Of a DNA stretch of 64,000 nt, positions 12,701-25,840 are shown piece after piece (the stretch's first letter is position 1; each line of letters begins with the position of its first letter). A program made the translations under genes and the position numbers. Source of the stretch: the human T2T-CHM13v2.0 reference genome, Homo sapiens; contig CP068257.2 of the NCBI GenBank assembly GCA_009914755.4, positions 36,672,001 to 36,736,000 on the forward strand, given 5' to 3'. A model generated the notes under the pieces. It did no database searches. It had not been told where the DNA came from and worked only from the letters and a program-made list of their open reading frames with translations.

Positions 12701-13377
12701 CAGTGTTCTCAAAGCAACTTTCTGAAGCCGTGTGGAAAACTGACTCTGTGTGGGTCCCGTATCCCTGTGGCATCCAGACCTGGCCTCTCTTCATTTCATT
12801 ATTATTGGCCAATATTTCTTTCAGCCATTTCATTTCTTATCTATTAAAATGGCTTGCCCATAAAGGAACTGCATAGGATTATCCCCTGACATTCCAAGAG
12901 CAAAATAAAGCTCTTGAGAGTAATTGTTGTCTCAGTCATGCTTGCTGATTACAGTTAGCACAAAAGAAAAATTCAGCTGCCTGACAATACAGGAAATGTT
13001 CTCAGATGCTGATGTTTGTAAGGTCCGGTGGGGCCATGAGGAAGAAGAGGAGCTGAAGGTAAGAAACTCATAAACAAGATGACTCTTTGATGCATGAACA
13101 AGATTTGAAAATCTCAAGCCTGTAAAGAATACCCCTGCTATTTAAATAAAGCTCATACCAAGAGGTAACATTTTGCCCCGGGCCAAATTCAGGGGTCTAG
13201 TGCCCTGCATTCCTTTGAGGCAAAAAATAAATGGGCTATGACTGGTTAAATGTCCAAAAGGTGAATTCTCATTTCATTCAAACAAAGACAGATTTGCGCA
13301 TTCACTCAAGCAGAATGTGGCCATGAATATTCAGCCCCTGCATACATACAAAGATGTACGCATGATTCCCCCCACCA

Positions 13378-13522
13378 AGCACACACACAGTCACACACGC
13401 ACACACACACACATGCACACACGCGCGTGCACACACGCACACATGCACACACACATACGCACACGTAAACACATGCACACATGCACACACGCGCACACAT
13501 GCACACACGCACACACTTGCAC
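13378..13522. repeat. Compound imperfect (CA)n/(CACG)n/(CACATG)n microsatellite, about 145 bp
   Basis: cacacacagtcacacacgcacacacacacacatgcacacacgcgcgtgcacacacgcacacatgcacacacacatacgcacac... Four overlapping ORFs (13302-13634) encode only Cys/Val/His/Thr repeats and are artefacts. Confidence 0.85.
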
Positions 13523-14296
13523 AGGCCCTGGCTCTTCAAGCATAATCATGGTAGTCATCAGTGAAAGACATTTGAGGTTAAGACAGCAAGTCCTTGACAA
13601 ATATATTCATGTCTATTTGGTTCTAGTTCTATAAAAATATGAACATTGGGACTCAGAGAAAATGGGGAAAATAAAGTGGATTCAGGTTATCAGTGAAATG
13701 ATGGTATAGATTACAGCAAATCTGGATATATATTGATGTTACTGCATTTGCAAATGTCCTCCCATTAAACAGAAAATGTGGCTAAAATCCCTGGCCTGGA
13801 ACTGAACTAGTTTAAGGCAGGTGTAAGAATAGTGGGAGGAAAGTTTGTGAAAGTTTAAAGAATGCCCTCAATCCATGAACGAGAGGGAGGATGTTGTCTT
13901 TAATTATTTAGAAGGTTTTTTTTTCCTTGTCTGTTGATAATTTTATGGAAGGTTGCTTTAGATCTCCATTCCTTAAAAAATATTACATGTCAGTGTAGTT
14001 AGATATTATCTCTTTTAGTTATTATACTTGCTATTTTTACTGTATAGTGTGGTATAATCAACAAAAAATAATGCCACGGTCATGTTTACACCTTTTCTGT
14101 TGCACTATTAAATTCTTTTCACAGTATTCATATCAATGCTAATTTGAATGTGATGCCAATTAAAAATCTTGTTCATTTATATTGTATATGGTACAAGGAC
14201 GTAGCATAAGATCCAAAAAAAATTTTGTATTGTCATTTAGCATATCAATTTCAGCCAAATTTGGAAGACTTGATCATCTTATCTTTTGCTCTACAC

Positions 14297-14445
14297 ACTC
14301 AAAACAAATATTGCAGCAGAAATATCACCTTAAAAATATCTTATTTTATATTTAGATAATATTGAAATCACAGTCTATTAAAATTGGAAATTTAATTCAA
14401 ATAAAAATCAAACAAAATAGTTGTTTCAATTTATCTAAATATCTG
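14297..14445 (+). repeat. Left arm of a roughly 150-bp inverted repeat. Unclassified. Possibly TIRs of a DNA transposon or two inverted copies of an interspersed repeat.
   Basis: ...GCAGCAGAAATATCACCTTAAAAATATCTTATTTTATATTTAGATAATATTGAAATCACAGTCTATTAAAATTGGAAATTTAATTCAAATAAAAATCAAACAAAATAGTTGTTTCAATTTATCTAAATATCTGG. By eye this is about 85-90% identical to the reverse complement of 15093-15250. A small tandem triplication TTAAGAGTG x3 follows at 14449-14492. Confidence 0.6.
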
Positions 14446-15092
14446 GTCTTAAGAGTGCCTTAAGAGTGTCTCGTTTTTAAGAGTGTCTTAAAAACCAATA
14501 TATGTATAAGTCAACAAATCATATAATATTCAATAAATAGCTCTGAAGTTGTATCTGATTTGAAACTTACCATTTTCCTGGAACCTTAACTATTATTACT
14601 TTGTACGTAATACTTTCATGTTACTATGCTAACAAAGGATTTAGGTAGCCAACTTAATTTATTATATCTGGTCGGTCTTCTGCTTGAAACAGATTCACAC
14701 TCAACACCCAACTAAGGAGGAGCCAAAGTAGTGGAGTATTCCTGACCCAAAAAGGCTTTTGAATTTTGAAACATTTCTAATGTGTTAGGTTTTCTCAATG
14801 AGACCATTAAAAAACGTTGTGTTCCATTTGAGAAACCAGAGTCAACAGCAGTAAATCAGTGTGCCCCACAAGCCACGTCTTATTCAGCAATAAAATAGTG
14901 CTCACATGGTGCCTGGCAGACAGTGGCTCTGGACAGCAAAGCACTGAGTCACCCAACCCCACTCCTTTGGGATGGGGTTGGGAGTCATGCATTGGCTCCC
15001 TTTTTCATCCTGGGGAAATTACAACACAACGCAGAGTGTCCAGAAATCTAAAGAGCTGGTTTAAGGTGAAAAAAATGCCATGAATGAATGAA

Positions 15093-15250
15093 CCAGATGT
15101 TTAATAAATCAAAACAACTATTTTGTTGGATTTTTATTTGAATTAAATTTCCCAATTTTTAATAGACTGTGATTTCAATATTATCGAAATGTAAACAAAG
15201 ATATATTTTTAAGGTGGCATTTCTACTCCAGCATGAAAAAAATAGTGGCA
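15093..15250 (-). repeat. Right arm of the inverted repeat, reverse complement of 14297-14445
   Basis: CCAGATGTTTAATAAATCAAAACAACTATTTTGTTGGATTTTTATTTGAATTAAATTTCCCAATTTTTAATAGACTGTGATTTCAATATTATCGAAATGTAAACAAAGATATATTTTTAAGGTGGCATTTCTACTCCAGC. Its reverse complement aligns base for base, with a few indels, to the left arm. The spacer between arms is about 650 bp. Confidence 0.6.
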
Positions 15251-15494
15251 TTTGCACTCTAGCATTATTCTGTCTCCCTTATTTGAGTCTTCAATATATA
15301 TGCCCAGCTGGAGGGAGAAGAAGAGAAAAATGAAAGCACTAGGCCTTTGACTAGGTTTGGTTCTATATGCTGTCATGATGTTCAAAATGTCAGACATTTG
15401 ACCACATGGCACAGTGAATACTCTCACGCTCTCAATTTTGGCTTTCATTCTTGCTAGACTTTTCTTCTATTAAATTTCTGAAATAACTAGTTTT

Positions 15495-15839
15495 TTTTTT
15501 TTGAACTTGAAAATCAGCTTTTTATTTTTTTTAATTTTATTATTATTATACTTTAAGTTTTAGGGTACATGTGCACAACGTGCAGGTTTGTTACATATGT
15601 ATACATGTGCCATGTTGGTGTGCTGCACCCATTAACTCGTCATTTAGCATTAGGTATATCTCCTAATGCTATCCCTCCCCCCTCCCCCCACCCCACAACA
15701 GTCCCCGGTGTGTGATGTTCCCCTTCCTGTGTCCATGTGTTCTCATTGTTCAATTTCCACCTATGAGTGAGAACATGCGGTGTTTGGTTTTCTGTCCTTG
15801 AGATAGTTTGCTGAGAATGATGGTTTCCAGTTTCATCCA
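15495..15839 (-). mobile_element. Young L1 (L1PA-like) 3'-end fragment, about 345 bp, minus orientation, with its poly(A) seen as a T-run and a 12-bp TSD
   Basis: TTAATTTTATTATTATTATACTTTAAGTTTTAGGGTACATGTGCACAACGTGCAGGTTTGTTACATATGTATACATGTGCCATGTTGGTGTGCTGCACCCATTAACTCGTCATTTAGCATTAGGTATATCTCCTAATGCTATCCCTCCCC...GAGAACATGCGGTGTTTGGTTTTCTGTCCTTGAGATAGTTTGCTGAGAATGATGGTTTCCAGTTTCATCCA. This is the reverse complement of the L1 ORF2 3' end and 3'UTR and is close to the L1PA consensus. Flanking direct repeats ATAACTAGTTTT at 15483-15494 and 15840-15851 are the TSD. ORF 15640-15840 (-) is L1-derived. Confidence 0.85.
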
Positions 15840-15969
15840 ATAACTAGTTTTATCATAGCTTTCCATGATGTAATTTTTTAAGCGAAAGGTACTAACATTT
15901 CCAGTCTTGATTTCCAAGTTTTGTGGTGTGCACTCGAAATCTAGTCTCTGATTGTTAAACTCTGGGTAG

Positions 15970-16582
<613 letters not shown>

Positions 16583-19037
16583 TCACTTAACCCTATGGCC
16601 CTCCTTATCTTGCACCCAATTTCTTTTCAACATCATACATGCTTGGTTGACTGTTTCTTCATATTTGCTGTTCATTCTATAAAGTCAAATAGATTGGTGG
16701 GTTAAAAAATAATCAATTCAAATTCAAATTAGGAATTTATGGACATTCAGATATCCACATATTTGAGGGCAGGAATTTTTACTTTTCAATTGGTATGTTG
16801 GCAGTGTGTAAAAATAGAAGACCAAGAGAAGGCGGTTGATTGGAGTTGATACTTAATAGCTAATAAAAATTACAAGAAAGGATGGTGGAAGTCAAAGGAC
16901 AGAACTGATACACGAGTATAAAAGCCAACGATGTCATATATGTAGGCAAAGTCTTTGTAATCTGAATATAATGCCAGAGAGCTAGGGCTGCCAGGCACTC
17001 TGTATGTGCAGAATATGTCCTATATGGAGTAATTTTTTATTTGTGTAGACTTTTTTAGGATACGTTAAATGTCTTACATGCAACCTTTTTTTCCCCATAT
17101 ATTACAAAATTGCCTTGGAAATTAGACAAATCTTCAAACTTAACTGAAACTCCTGTCCTGAATAGTTATTTGCCAAATCTGACAAATTTACAAAGAGTGT
17201 TCACATAATCCCAAACTATGCCCATTTCTACAAGAGAAATACATGCCTCTTTATTTGGAGTTTATGATATTCATACAACTAGTAGTAGAGTCAGGGAGTA
17301 TTCCAGAAACATATTTCCCTGGCTTGCCCAATTATCAAGGGAAAATTTCAGCTGAACACGGGGAACCCAGTCTTTGACACTCCTGTGTGCAGTGTGGAGC
17401 AGCGTGCACTGTCTGAGTCTCCATAGTGAGGAATGGTCTTCCCTGGGGCATCACCCTAGAAGGATGGGCTCAAAGTCGCCCTCCACGTGGGTGCACAGGA
17501 GCCCAGATTCTCAAGCCCCAGTTGCAGAATTAGGCTGATGGTTTTACAAAAGAGTCCTCCTAAAAGTCCATCACTAAGTTTTGTTTGGTTAGCAACCCTT
17601 GCCACATGATGTAGTACTTAGCTATAATTTTATTTTTATTCAAGGCCAAATCTTATCTGGTGTCCATGCCTTCCCACCTACTTAAAATTTCAAATTTCAC
17701 CCTCAAAAATATTTCAGTAAATAAAAGTTAGATCTACTCAAAATTAGACTCCAAGGGAATTACTATAGTTGATTATAGAGTATCTATTTCCTTAAAAAAA
17801 AAAAAAACCATAAGTTGTTGACTCTGAGCTAGGAAATGCGTGATCTCTCAGCTGACTTACTTTATGCAAATTTACTTAATATTATAGAAGAGTAAAGAGC
17901 TTCCAAGAAGGTGATTGGAGGGAAGTTCAAAGGGAAGATTTTTTTCATTCACTGTAGTTTTAGCTGTATTCTTTCATCTGCAATCAAATCTCAGGATTAA
18001 GGATGTCGTATTACATCAAATCATTACAGGAAGTATGACTGTATCAGCGGCTTTTTACAAAAACAAACCTCCAGATCACAAAAGGAAGCTGTGTTTGTGT
18101 ACTGACACGAAGTGTTATGTAGCAGCCAGGAGAGGAAGGATAGCAGCCGACTTGGATCCATTTTTGAGGAATTATTTCTGTAAGGTGTCATGGAATTGTA
18201 AGTTACAAAAATAAGGCTTTTGTAAACAGAATCTCCATTCCAGAAGGACGGACTCCAAAATGCTACTTAATGAAATTCATGGGAATGTTATGGTGATGGA
18301 AATCCCAAATGACATGTAGATTTTATATGCAAACAATCCCACTGCTTGTAACTCCTGGCAGTGTGTACTTACCAAAATCTTGATCACACTTAGGTCTCTT
18401 GCTATATATAGAACCACATCTGATCCTTATACAGTGTTGCAAGATATATGTCCTTGCTTTCCCATGGTTCTTAAGTGAGTCTTAAGCTTGGATTTGCTCC
18501 AGCAGAATGGTGGTTTGTGTTTCTCAAGGCTGAGCTACTATTTGGTGCATGTCGGAAATCTCACACTAACTGTGGATACTCTGTCATCACTGAACCCAAT
18601 CATACAATGACCAGACAGCTTTAAATACCTACTTTTGTATGCTATGAATTCATCCGTTTACTTGTCAAATCCTTTATTTCCATATGTGTCTCCATCACCT
18701 TTTTTTTCTCTCCGGATAAATGGAATTACTGTAACTTGTGAAACAATGGCAAACACTATAAAGCTAATTTTACAGTCTTGAGTTTCTTTTTGTTTCACTG
18801 GAATGGTAATGGTGTTACAGTGGTGCTCTGACAGACAAAAAATCTAATATGTCCTTAGAAAGTTCAGAGGGGAACTTATTTGAAATAACCTTTTCCAGTG
18901 ATGGCAATCACAATAATGTGGGAATGACTAGGTCCTAAAAACTTATCAAGGTGTTACTGTATATCAGTACGTAAAGAAATGTATTTTGCTTCTTTCCAAT
19001 CACTGAATAGAAAATGAAATCCCTGCCTCATCGCTCC

Positions 19038-19325
19038 TTTTTTTTTTTTTTTTTAAGACAGAGTCTCACTCCATCCCTCAGGCTGGAGAGCAGTGGCTCA
19101 CTGCAATCTCCACCTCCAGGATTCAAATGATTCTCCTGCCTCAGCCTCCCAAGTAGCTGGGATTACAGGTGTGTGCCACCACGCCCAGCTAATTTTTTTA
19201 TTTTTAGTAGAGATAGGGTTTCACCATGTTGGCCAAGTGGGTCTCAAACTCCTGACCTCAAGTGATCTGCCCGCCTTAGCCTCCTGAGTAGCTGTGATTA
19301 CAGGCATGAGCCACGGCGCCCAGCC
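19038..19325 (-). mobile_element. Alu SINE, full length, minus orientation
   Basis: T(19)AAGACAGAGTCTCACTCCATCCCTCAGGCTGGAGAGCAGTGGCTCACTGCAATCTCCACCTCCAGGATTCAAATGATTCTCCTGCCTCAGCCTCCCAAGTAGCTGGGATTACAGG...GATTACAGGCATGAGCCACGGCGCCCAGCC. Confidence 0.9.
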
Positions 19326-20440
19326 TCATCTCTCTTTTTCTGCCTGATGCTCTCCTGCTCCAGAATGCTTATTTCATTTTAGTCAATGATTAAAAATCAA
19401 GCAACCGTTTAATAACAAACATCCTTTCAGCACTGCAACCCTTACCAAAGTGCCTTTTGTGCTATTGCTCCTTTACTTGGATGGATTAAAAGAAAGAAAA
19501 CACTTAACTACATAAGTCCTACAGGCATTAGTATGGGTGTCACCCTAAAGCCGCACACCTAATTAAAACCCACGTAGCCAAGGAGTGCATCCAAATGGCA
19601 GTAGTTATCCTCCAAGCAGTTTCCTGGGAAAACTACACACACATGCAACAAGATAGTTGCCACAGCTCTGAACATTCCAGAGTGTCTCTCTTAGAGCCCT
19701 CTCCTTTGGAGCCTTGGCTCATTCTTTGTAACATTCTCAGGGGTGGCCAAGCTTTGTTCTTGGAGGGAGCATGTGACAGCTGGAAATAAACAAGGCTGAT
19801 GCAGATAGTAGGAAGTCATCTTTGAGGATACTGTTTGAACAAAAAGGCAAAATGTTTTCTAGAAAGTGCACAGTCATCTGAAACACAGTCATGAAGCTAG
19901 CCGGTGGGACACATTTTATTAATTTTAATTTGCATGGAAGTTTTCAGACACATGTTATTTTCTACCCCGTTATCTCAAACGTCAATTGTCCTTCCAGGAT
20001 GACCTTGGCTGAGAACTGAGCTAACCACATCCAAGCCATAAGGCAGCATTGCTTTCACCACACCATGTCCTTGGAGCAGAGAATAAGGGAATTTGTCATA
20101 GCAACATGGGAAGCTTTGGTTCTGGGCTGGATACGCAACATCCCGGCAGGCATAATTTCCCTTCTCAGAAATCCTGTCTTCATAAATGTTAGACAAACAA
20201 CTTTTATGGTTTAATTTTTCATGCAAAAGTCCATATTCTTCCCAGAAACTCTTACATTGTTCAAGTGATTATGTTCTAAATTAGTCTATTCCTTTACTGG
20301 AATTTAACACTTGCATAATAATCTTAGCTGATAAGGTATTTGAGTGATCTAAATGTGTTTTCACCCGTCCTAAGGGCTGCTTTCTGCATCTTTCTTAGTT
20401 TGCCTCTATTGAGTCTGCCAGAAACTCTTACTCTTTTTAA

Positions 20441-20762
<322 letters not shown>

Positions 20763-21423
20763 ACACATATTTTTAATTAACAAATAATAACTATATATAG
20801 TTAGGGATTACAATGTGATATTTTAATACACATTTTAGAATAATTATATCAAGCTAATTATATATCCATCTCCTCACGTATTTTCTTTTTTGTAGTGAGA
20901 GCATTTAAAACCCACTCTATTAGCAGTTGTACTTTCTCTTGACAGTGTACCTCTCTGTAAACTCTGTTTAACGTGCCCACTCAGCATGTGATTTAAAGAT
21001 CTGCAATGAATAAGTCCACTATGACCAACAGACTCACAGCCTCACAGCAGCCCAGAACAGTGTGCTTCTCCTTACCCCTACCCCCACAGTAAGTCTGGCT
21101 GACCTGCTACATGTTCAAATATGTTGTGGCATGTTCTATTGCCCGCGTGCCTCTTCTGCTCATACAAGCCCCACACCCCCCAAACACACAAGTCTCATGA
21201 CATCTGGTCACATCTTAGATATCCAGAGAGCAAGAAATATTCATATTTGTAGGGCTCTGAATGCTAAAAACAACTTCAAATATTCAATAGTCCATGTTAT
21301 ACCCCATGAAAGGGTAGAGGAAGGACATATGCAGTTATCTACACTTTGCAGAAGACCCTGTAGCCCACTGACATCACTTCCAGAGTGGCCCAGTGAGCCA
21401 TTGGTGGCAATCTGGGTCTTTTC

Positions 21424-21731
21424 CTTCTTTTCTTTTCTTTTTTTTTTTGTTGAGACAGGATCTCACTCTGTCACCTGGGCTGGAGTGCAGTGGCGTGATC
21501 ACGGGTCACTGTAACAACTTCCCAGGCTCAAGCAATCCTCCCGCTTCATCCTCCTGAGTAACTGGGACTGCAGGTGTGCGCCACGATACCCGGATAATTT
21601 TTTAATTTTTTTGTAGAGATGAGGTCTCAGCTTATTGCTCAGGCTGATGGCGAACTCCTGAGCTCAAGCGATCTTCACACCTTGGCCTCCCAAAGTGTTG
21701 GGATTACAGGTGTGAGCCACTATGCTCAGTC
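21424..21731 (-). mobile_element. Alu SINE (older, diverged), minus orientation
   Basis: TTCTTTTCTTTTTTTTTTTGTTGAGACAGGATCTCACTCTGTCACCTGGGCTGGAGTGCAGTGGCGTGATCACGGGTCACTGTAACAACTTCCCAGGCTCAAGCAATCCTCCCGCTTCATCCTCCTGAGTAACTGGGACTGCAGG...GGGATTACAGGTGTGAGCCACTATGCTCAGTC. ORFs 21062-21514 (3' part) and 21619-21813 are Alu-derived. Confidence 0.9.
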
Positions 21732-23576
21732 TGGATTTTTTCCTTCTGGCCTAGTGTTTTATCTCCAAAATTTACAACATGGAAATCTCATGGTGGAGCA
21801 GATTTCCATGTGAGATGGATCAAAATTAGGGCAAAAGTGATAGCAGAATAGATAACCCAGGTGAAAGCATGAGACTGGGAGTCTGGATAAATTGCCTAAA
21901 GGCCTAACATGCTTCAAAAGGTCTGTTATTTAGAGGCTGGCAACATGAGATAAATATCCCGAAGGTAGAGAAGATATGAAGTGATCAATTGAAAAGGAAA
22001 AGGCAGAGGAGTAAGAATGCCATTCATCAAGACAAAAACAGAATCCACATCCCTGCTGTTCATCTAAGCAGAGACAAACGGTTGACCAAAGACTAGACAT
22101 GGGGTGACTAAGATTAAGAAATCCTACAGAAAAGTCAAGATGAACAAGCATTCAGTTCTCAAGTCCTCACATTCATTATGATTGCATCATATGAGGCTCA
22201 GAAAAGTTGAGTAATTTGTCCAGTTACCCATCTACCAAGGCGTAAAGCCAGGAGTGGCCAACATAAAAGCCTGGTTTCCTCTCCATGTTTTGTCCTGCCT
22301 CCCAGGTGGGCCATTACAGGGTGCATCCAAAAAAGCATAGGTGATTTGGTGGTTGATGCTCTTGGAGCCAAAGCAGCATTTGCTTTGTGCTCAAGTGTTT
22401 CCATCAAGTGAAAACAAAGCCATGGTTGAATTGCGGTGTCACCACAGACGACTTGCGGGCGTTGAATTCATGCAATGCAAATAATAAGGGATTGTGCCAG
22501 TGTGCCTCCCATTGTGAATAGAGCAGTGAGCTTTCAACTGAATGTTTTGCTGAGTTCTAAAAACCTGATTTGTAAGGATTTATACTGGGCTTCTCAGAGA
22601 GGCTTTAGGGTAGGTAATTATTTTAAGGTCTTGGCTGATTGAGTCAAGCGGCAAAGAGAGCTTTGTAGAGACAAGCAAACACTGCAGAAACAGTGCAGCT
22701 GGCAAATCCGATACTGAGCTTACAGGGCCTAAAGGGAGCAGGTGAGTGGTCCCAGCACAAGCAGTCACTGCAATTACAGTGACCAGGCCCGGGGAAGGAA
22801 GGCTCAAGATCCAGACACCAAGAAAAGCTAGAAACACAGGGCAAGAGAACAAGGGGTCTTAGAAGCTGACTCTAGAAAGATGTTCTGACAGATTGCTCTT
22901 GGCACTAGGGAAGACCTGCCTACAAATCTCTCCATTTCACAAGCAGATAAATAAAGAGGGGCAAATAGGAGAGGAGTGGAGTATGAACCCACAACACATG
23001 ACGGAGATCAAGGAAGTAGAGCTTCAGGAGCAGAGACCCAGACCCAGGGCCTTCAAATCAAGGGCAGGACTCTGTCCTTAATAGGAGTCAGGAAGAAGGG
23101 AAGCAAGACAAAAATCCTACTGCAGGGACAGAAAAATGAAGGCTGGAACTCAAGTGCAAAGAGGCTGGCCAACACAGGAAAGGAACTGGGTAAAATACTG
23201 GGGCTTCCTCATTGGAAAGAAGGATTTGTGGCAAGCTGGACCTGGACAAGGTACACTTGTTAAGGAGTCAATGGCTCGTAACATCTTCATCTCTCCTCAG
23301 TAGGAATCAGAGCCGGAAACCACAATTTCTATTTCAGTGCTTCCCAGGGCAAGAATTGGCAGCCAGAAGGCAAGCACATCATCACAGCCTGAAGTGCATA
23401 TTTCATCATCAGATGAAGCGGTTTCTCGCATCATTTATTATTTACCCAGTCACTTTAACAACCACCTGATCTCTGAGACAGGTCCGTGGAGTGTTGTGGT
23501 CTCCACATTAATATTTATTTAGCGATGGACATTGTACTAGGAAATAAAAGCAGATTCCTAAAAGAGCTATGTTATT

Positions 23577-24007
23577 TGTATTTTTCGAGGGCTGCCATAA
23601 TAACTGCAAACGGTGGTTTAGAACAATTCATTGTATCACATTTCTGGAGGTCAAAAGTCTGAAGGAGGACCATGCTCCCTCTGAGGTATTTTCGCTGGTC
23701 TCTCCCAGCTTCTAGTAGGCTCAGGAGCTCCTTGGTTTGTAGGAGCATAATTCTATAATTCTAATCTCTGTCTTCATGTGCACATGGTGTTCTCACATCA
23801 GCTTCCCTTTGTGCCTGTCTCTGTGTCCAAATTGCCCCCTTTTTATAAGGACTCCAGTCATGTTGGATTAGGGACCACCCTAATGACCTCATTTTAATTT
23901 GACTACCTTTCTAAAGATCCTATTTCCAAATAAGGTCACATTCTGAGGTACTAGGGGGTTAGGGTTTCAACATATCTTTTTGGGAGGATACAATTCAACC
24001 CATAACA
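23577..24007 (-). mobile_element. ERVL-MaLR LTR, MLT1-type, minus orientation
   Basis: GGCTGCCATAATAACTGCAAACGGTGGTTTAGAACAATTCATTGTATCACATTTCTGGAGGTCAAAAGTCTGAAGG...CTGTGTCCAAATTGCCCCCTTTTTATAAGGACTCCAGTCATGTTGGATTAGGGACCACCCTAATGACCTCATTTTAATTTGACTACC...AATAAGGTCACATTCTGAGGTACTAGGGGGTTAGGGTTTCAACATATCTTTTTGGGAGGATACAATTCAACCCATAACA. This is the reverse complement of an MLT1 consensus that starts TGTTATGGGTTGAATTGTGTCCCC. Confidence 0.65.
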
Positions 24008-25479
24008 CTATTCTTTCCCATCCATTTCATCACCAATTGATCTACCTTCAACCTTCCTTCTAATCAGAATCATACTCATATAAATAAACCAGAATAAGAT
24101 TCTTTGCTTTGGAAGAGACAGAAGCTTTCTCTGGGTTACTGTAACTGTCCTGAATTTCCTATTTCTGCAGAATGGACAGAAAAAGCTGACTTCTAGCAGA
24201 CATTCTATTATAGTTTGACCATAGCCACATGGGAAGTTATGCCAGTGGACATTCCTTTGGAGACAGTTTCTGGTTCTTAGTGCAGAGAGCAAAGAACATT
24301 CTTCCTTGGAAATTGCCTCCACTATTTTGTAAACAGGAGAGGACTTTTCAAACCTGGTTTTCAAACAGCCAGAGACTAATTGTGCCCTCTCCAAGTTAAT
24401 CATATACTGGGCTTCCTCTCTCAACTGCTCTCACAAAGCTTGCTGATTTCTCAATAGCACTGAGATACTTGAAAATAATTGATTTCTAGATGCCTTTCAT
24501 AATTCTGGCTCTGCCATTGTCGTCATTTTGTGTCTCCTACTATAAAGGTTAGGGAAAACCCTTGCTTGGCAAGCCAGCAACTCAGGTATGTTGCCTCAAG
24601 GTGATTCTGCATCCATCACTGGACCACCAGCTGAGGTCCCCACACTTGCTTTGCTTTGCTGAGTCAAGTCGCACCCCATTGTTTTGAGAATAATGCTCTT
24701 ATGTGTTGCATTTCTCCCCAAACCTCTCCTCATCCAGTGCCGGAAACGTGAGAGCTACCCTTGCTTTCTCCCACTCCCTCATCACCTGTATCTAATTCAT
24801 CACAAATCCCCGTCCACGCTACCCCTGGCATTGCTCTCAAGTCAGTTTCTTCTCTTCCATTCTAATCTCCCGGTGCTTAGTTCTGGCCACCATCATCATC
24901 ATCATCACAATATATGTTTTTAAAAAGGCACATTTCACACTGGCTACCCTGTTTCTAGTCTTTCTCCTTCCCAATCTATTCTCCACACTGTACCCAGTGT
25001 GGTCATTCTAAAATAGAAGTCCGATCATATTACTCTTTCACTCAAAACCCAACCTCCAGATAAAGGGCAAGTGTCCAGACATTGGACTCATGCCTCTCCT
25101 TGATCTTGCTCCTGGTAACCTCCTCCCTTGTCATCTCTTTCCCTTGCGCTCTACTTTCAAACATCCTGAACTCTTTGCAATCCCCCAGTGCTGAAGGTTT
25201 TTCCTCCTCCTGCAGCCTCTGGGATATTGGTTATGCTTCTCCTTTCTGGGATGCTACCACCCCAACCCTGGCCAACTCCTGCTTGGTCTGCTGGCTGTCT
25301 GTCTGAATGGCTTTCTTGACAGTGCCTATGTGATTCTAGAGGAAGGGATCCTGCCACTCTGTTGACTTCCCCATGGTGCACAGGACCTGATATGGGATGG
25401 GGGGCAGGGAAGTGCCGGGCAAAGAAGAGCAGAGTCCCTGGTGAGGGCTATACCCTCTGGCCTGTGCCCACGGACCTAA

Positions 25480-25840
25480 ATGAGGATAGGCATTTCTGGT
25501 TTTGAGTTCAAAAAGTTGCCTTTTGGCCTGCCACACCCCTTCCCCCATCCTATGCCTATAAAAATCTAGGACTGTAGCAGGCACAGACACAAGTGGCTAG
25601 ACGTTGAGAGGAGCAGAAGAACACACTGGCAAACACCAGCAGACACTGGCAGGCCAGTGACAGTAGAATGACATAGACACGAAGAGAATTCAGTCAGGGG
25701 TGGTCAGAGAAGAGTCCAGCCGCTGGATGGCCAGACTCCAGGGGAAGATCGCTTTCCCACTCCATCCCCCTTCTGACTCCCCATCCATCTCGCTGAGAGC
25801 TACCTCCACCACTCAATAAAAGCTTGCACTCATCTAAGCC
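25480..25840 (+). mobile_element. Possible solitary retroviral LTR fragment (TATA box ...CCTATAAAAATC at about 25555 and AATAAAAGC at about 25815). Family unknown.
   Basis: CCTATAAAAATCTAGGACTGTAGCAGGC...CTACCTCCACCACTCAATAAAAGCTTGCACTCATCTAAGCCCACGTGTGATCTGATTC. This resembles a U3-R layout. Support is weak and there is no clear TG...CA termini. Confidence 0.25.

Noticed and set aside
13302-13634. Four overlapping ORFs encoding Cys/Val/His/Thr/Ala repeats
   Set aside because: They translate the (CA)n/(CACG)n microsatellite. This is purely low-complexity.
24889-24912. Short (CAT)7 run encoding a His7 stretch inside ORF 24684-24923
   Set aside because: It is a trinucleotide microsatellite in non-coding DNA. 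The ORF has no other support.
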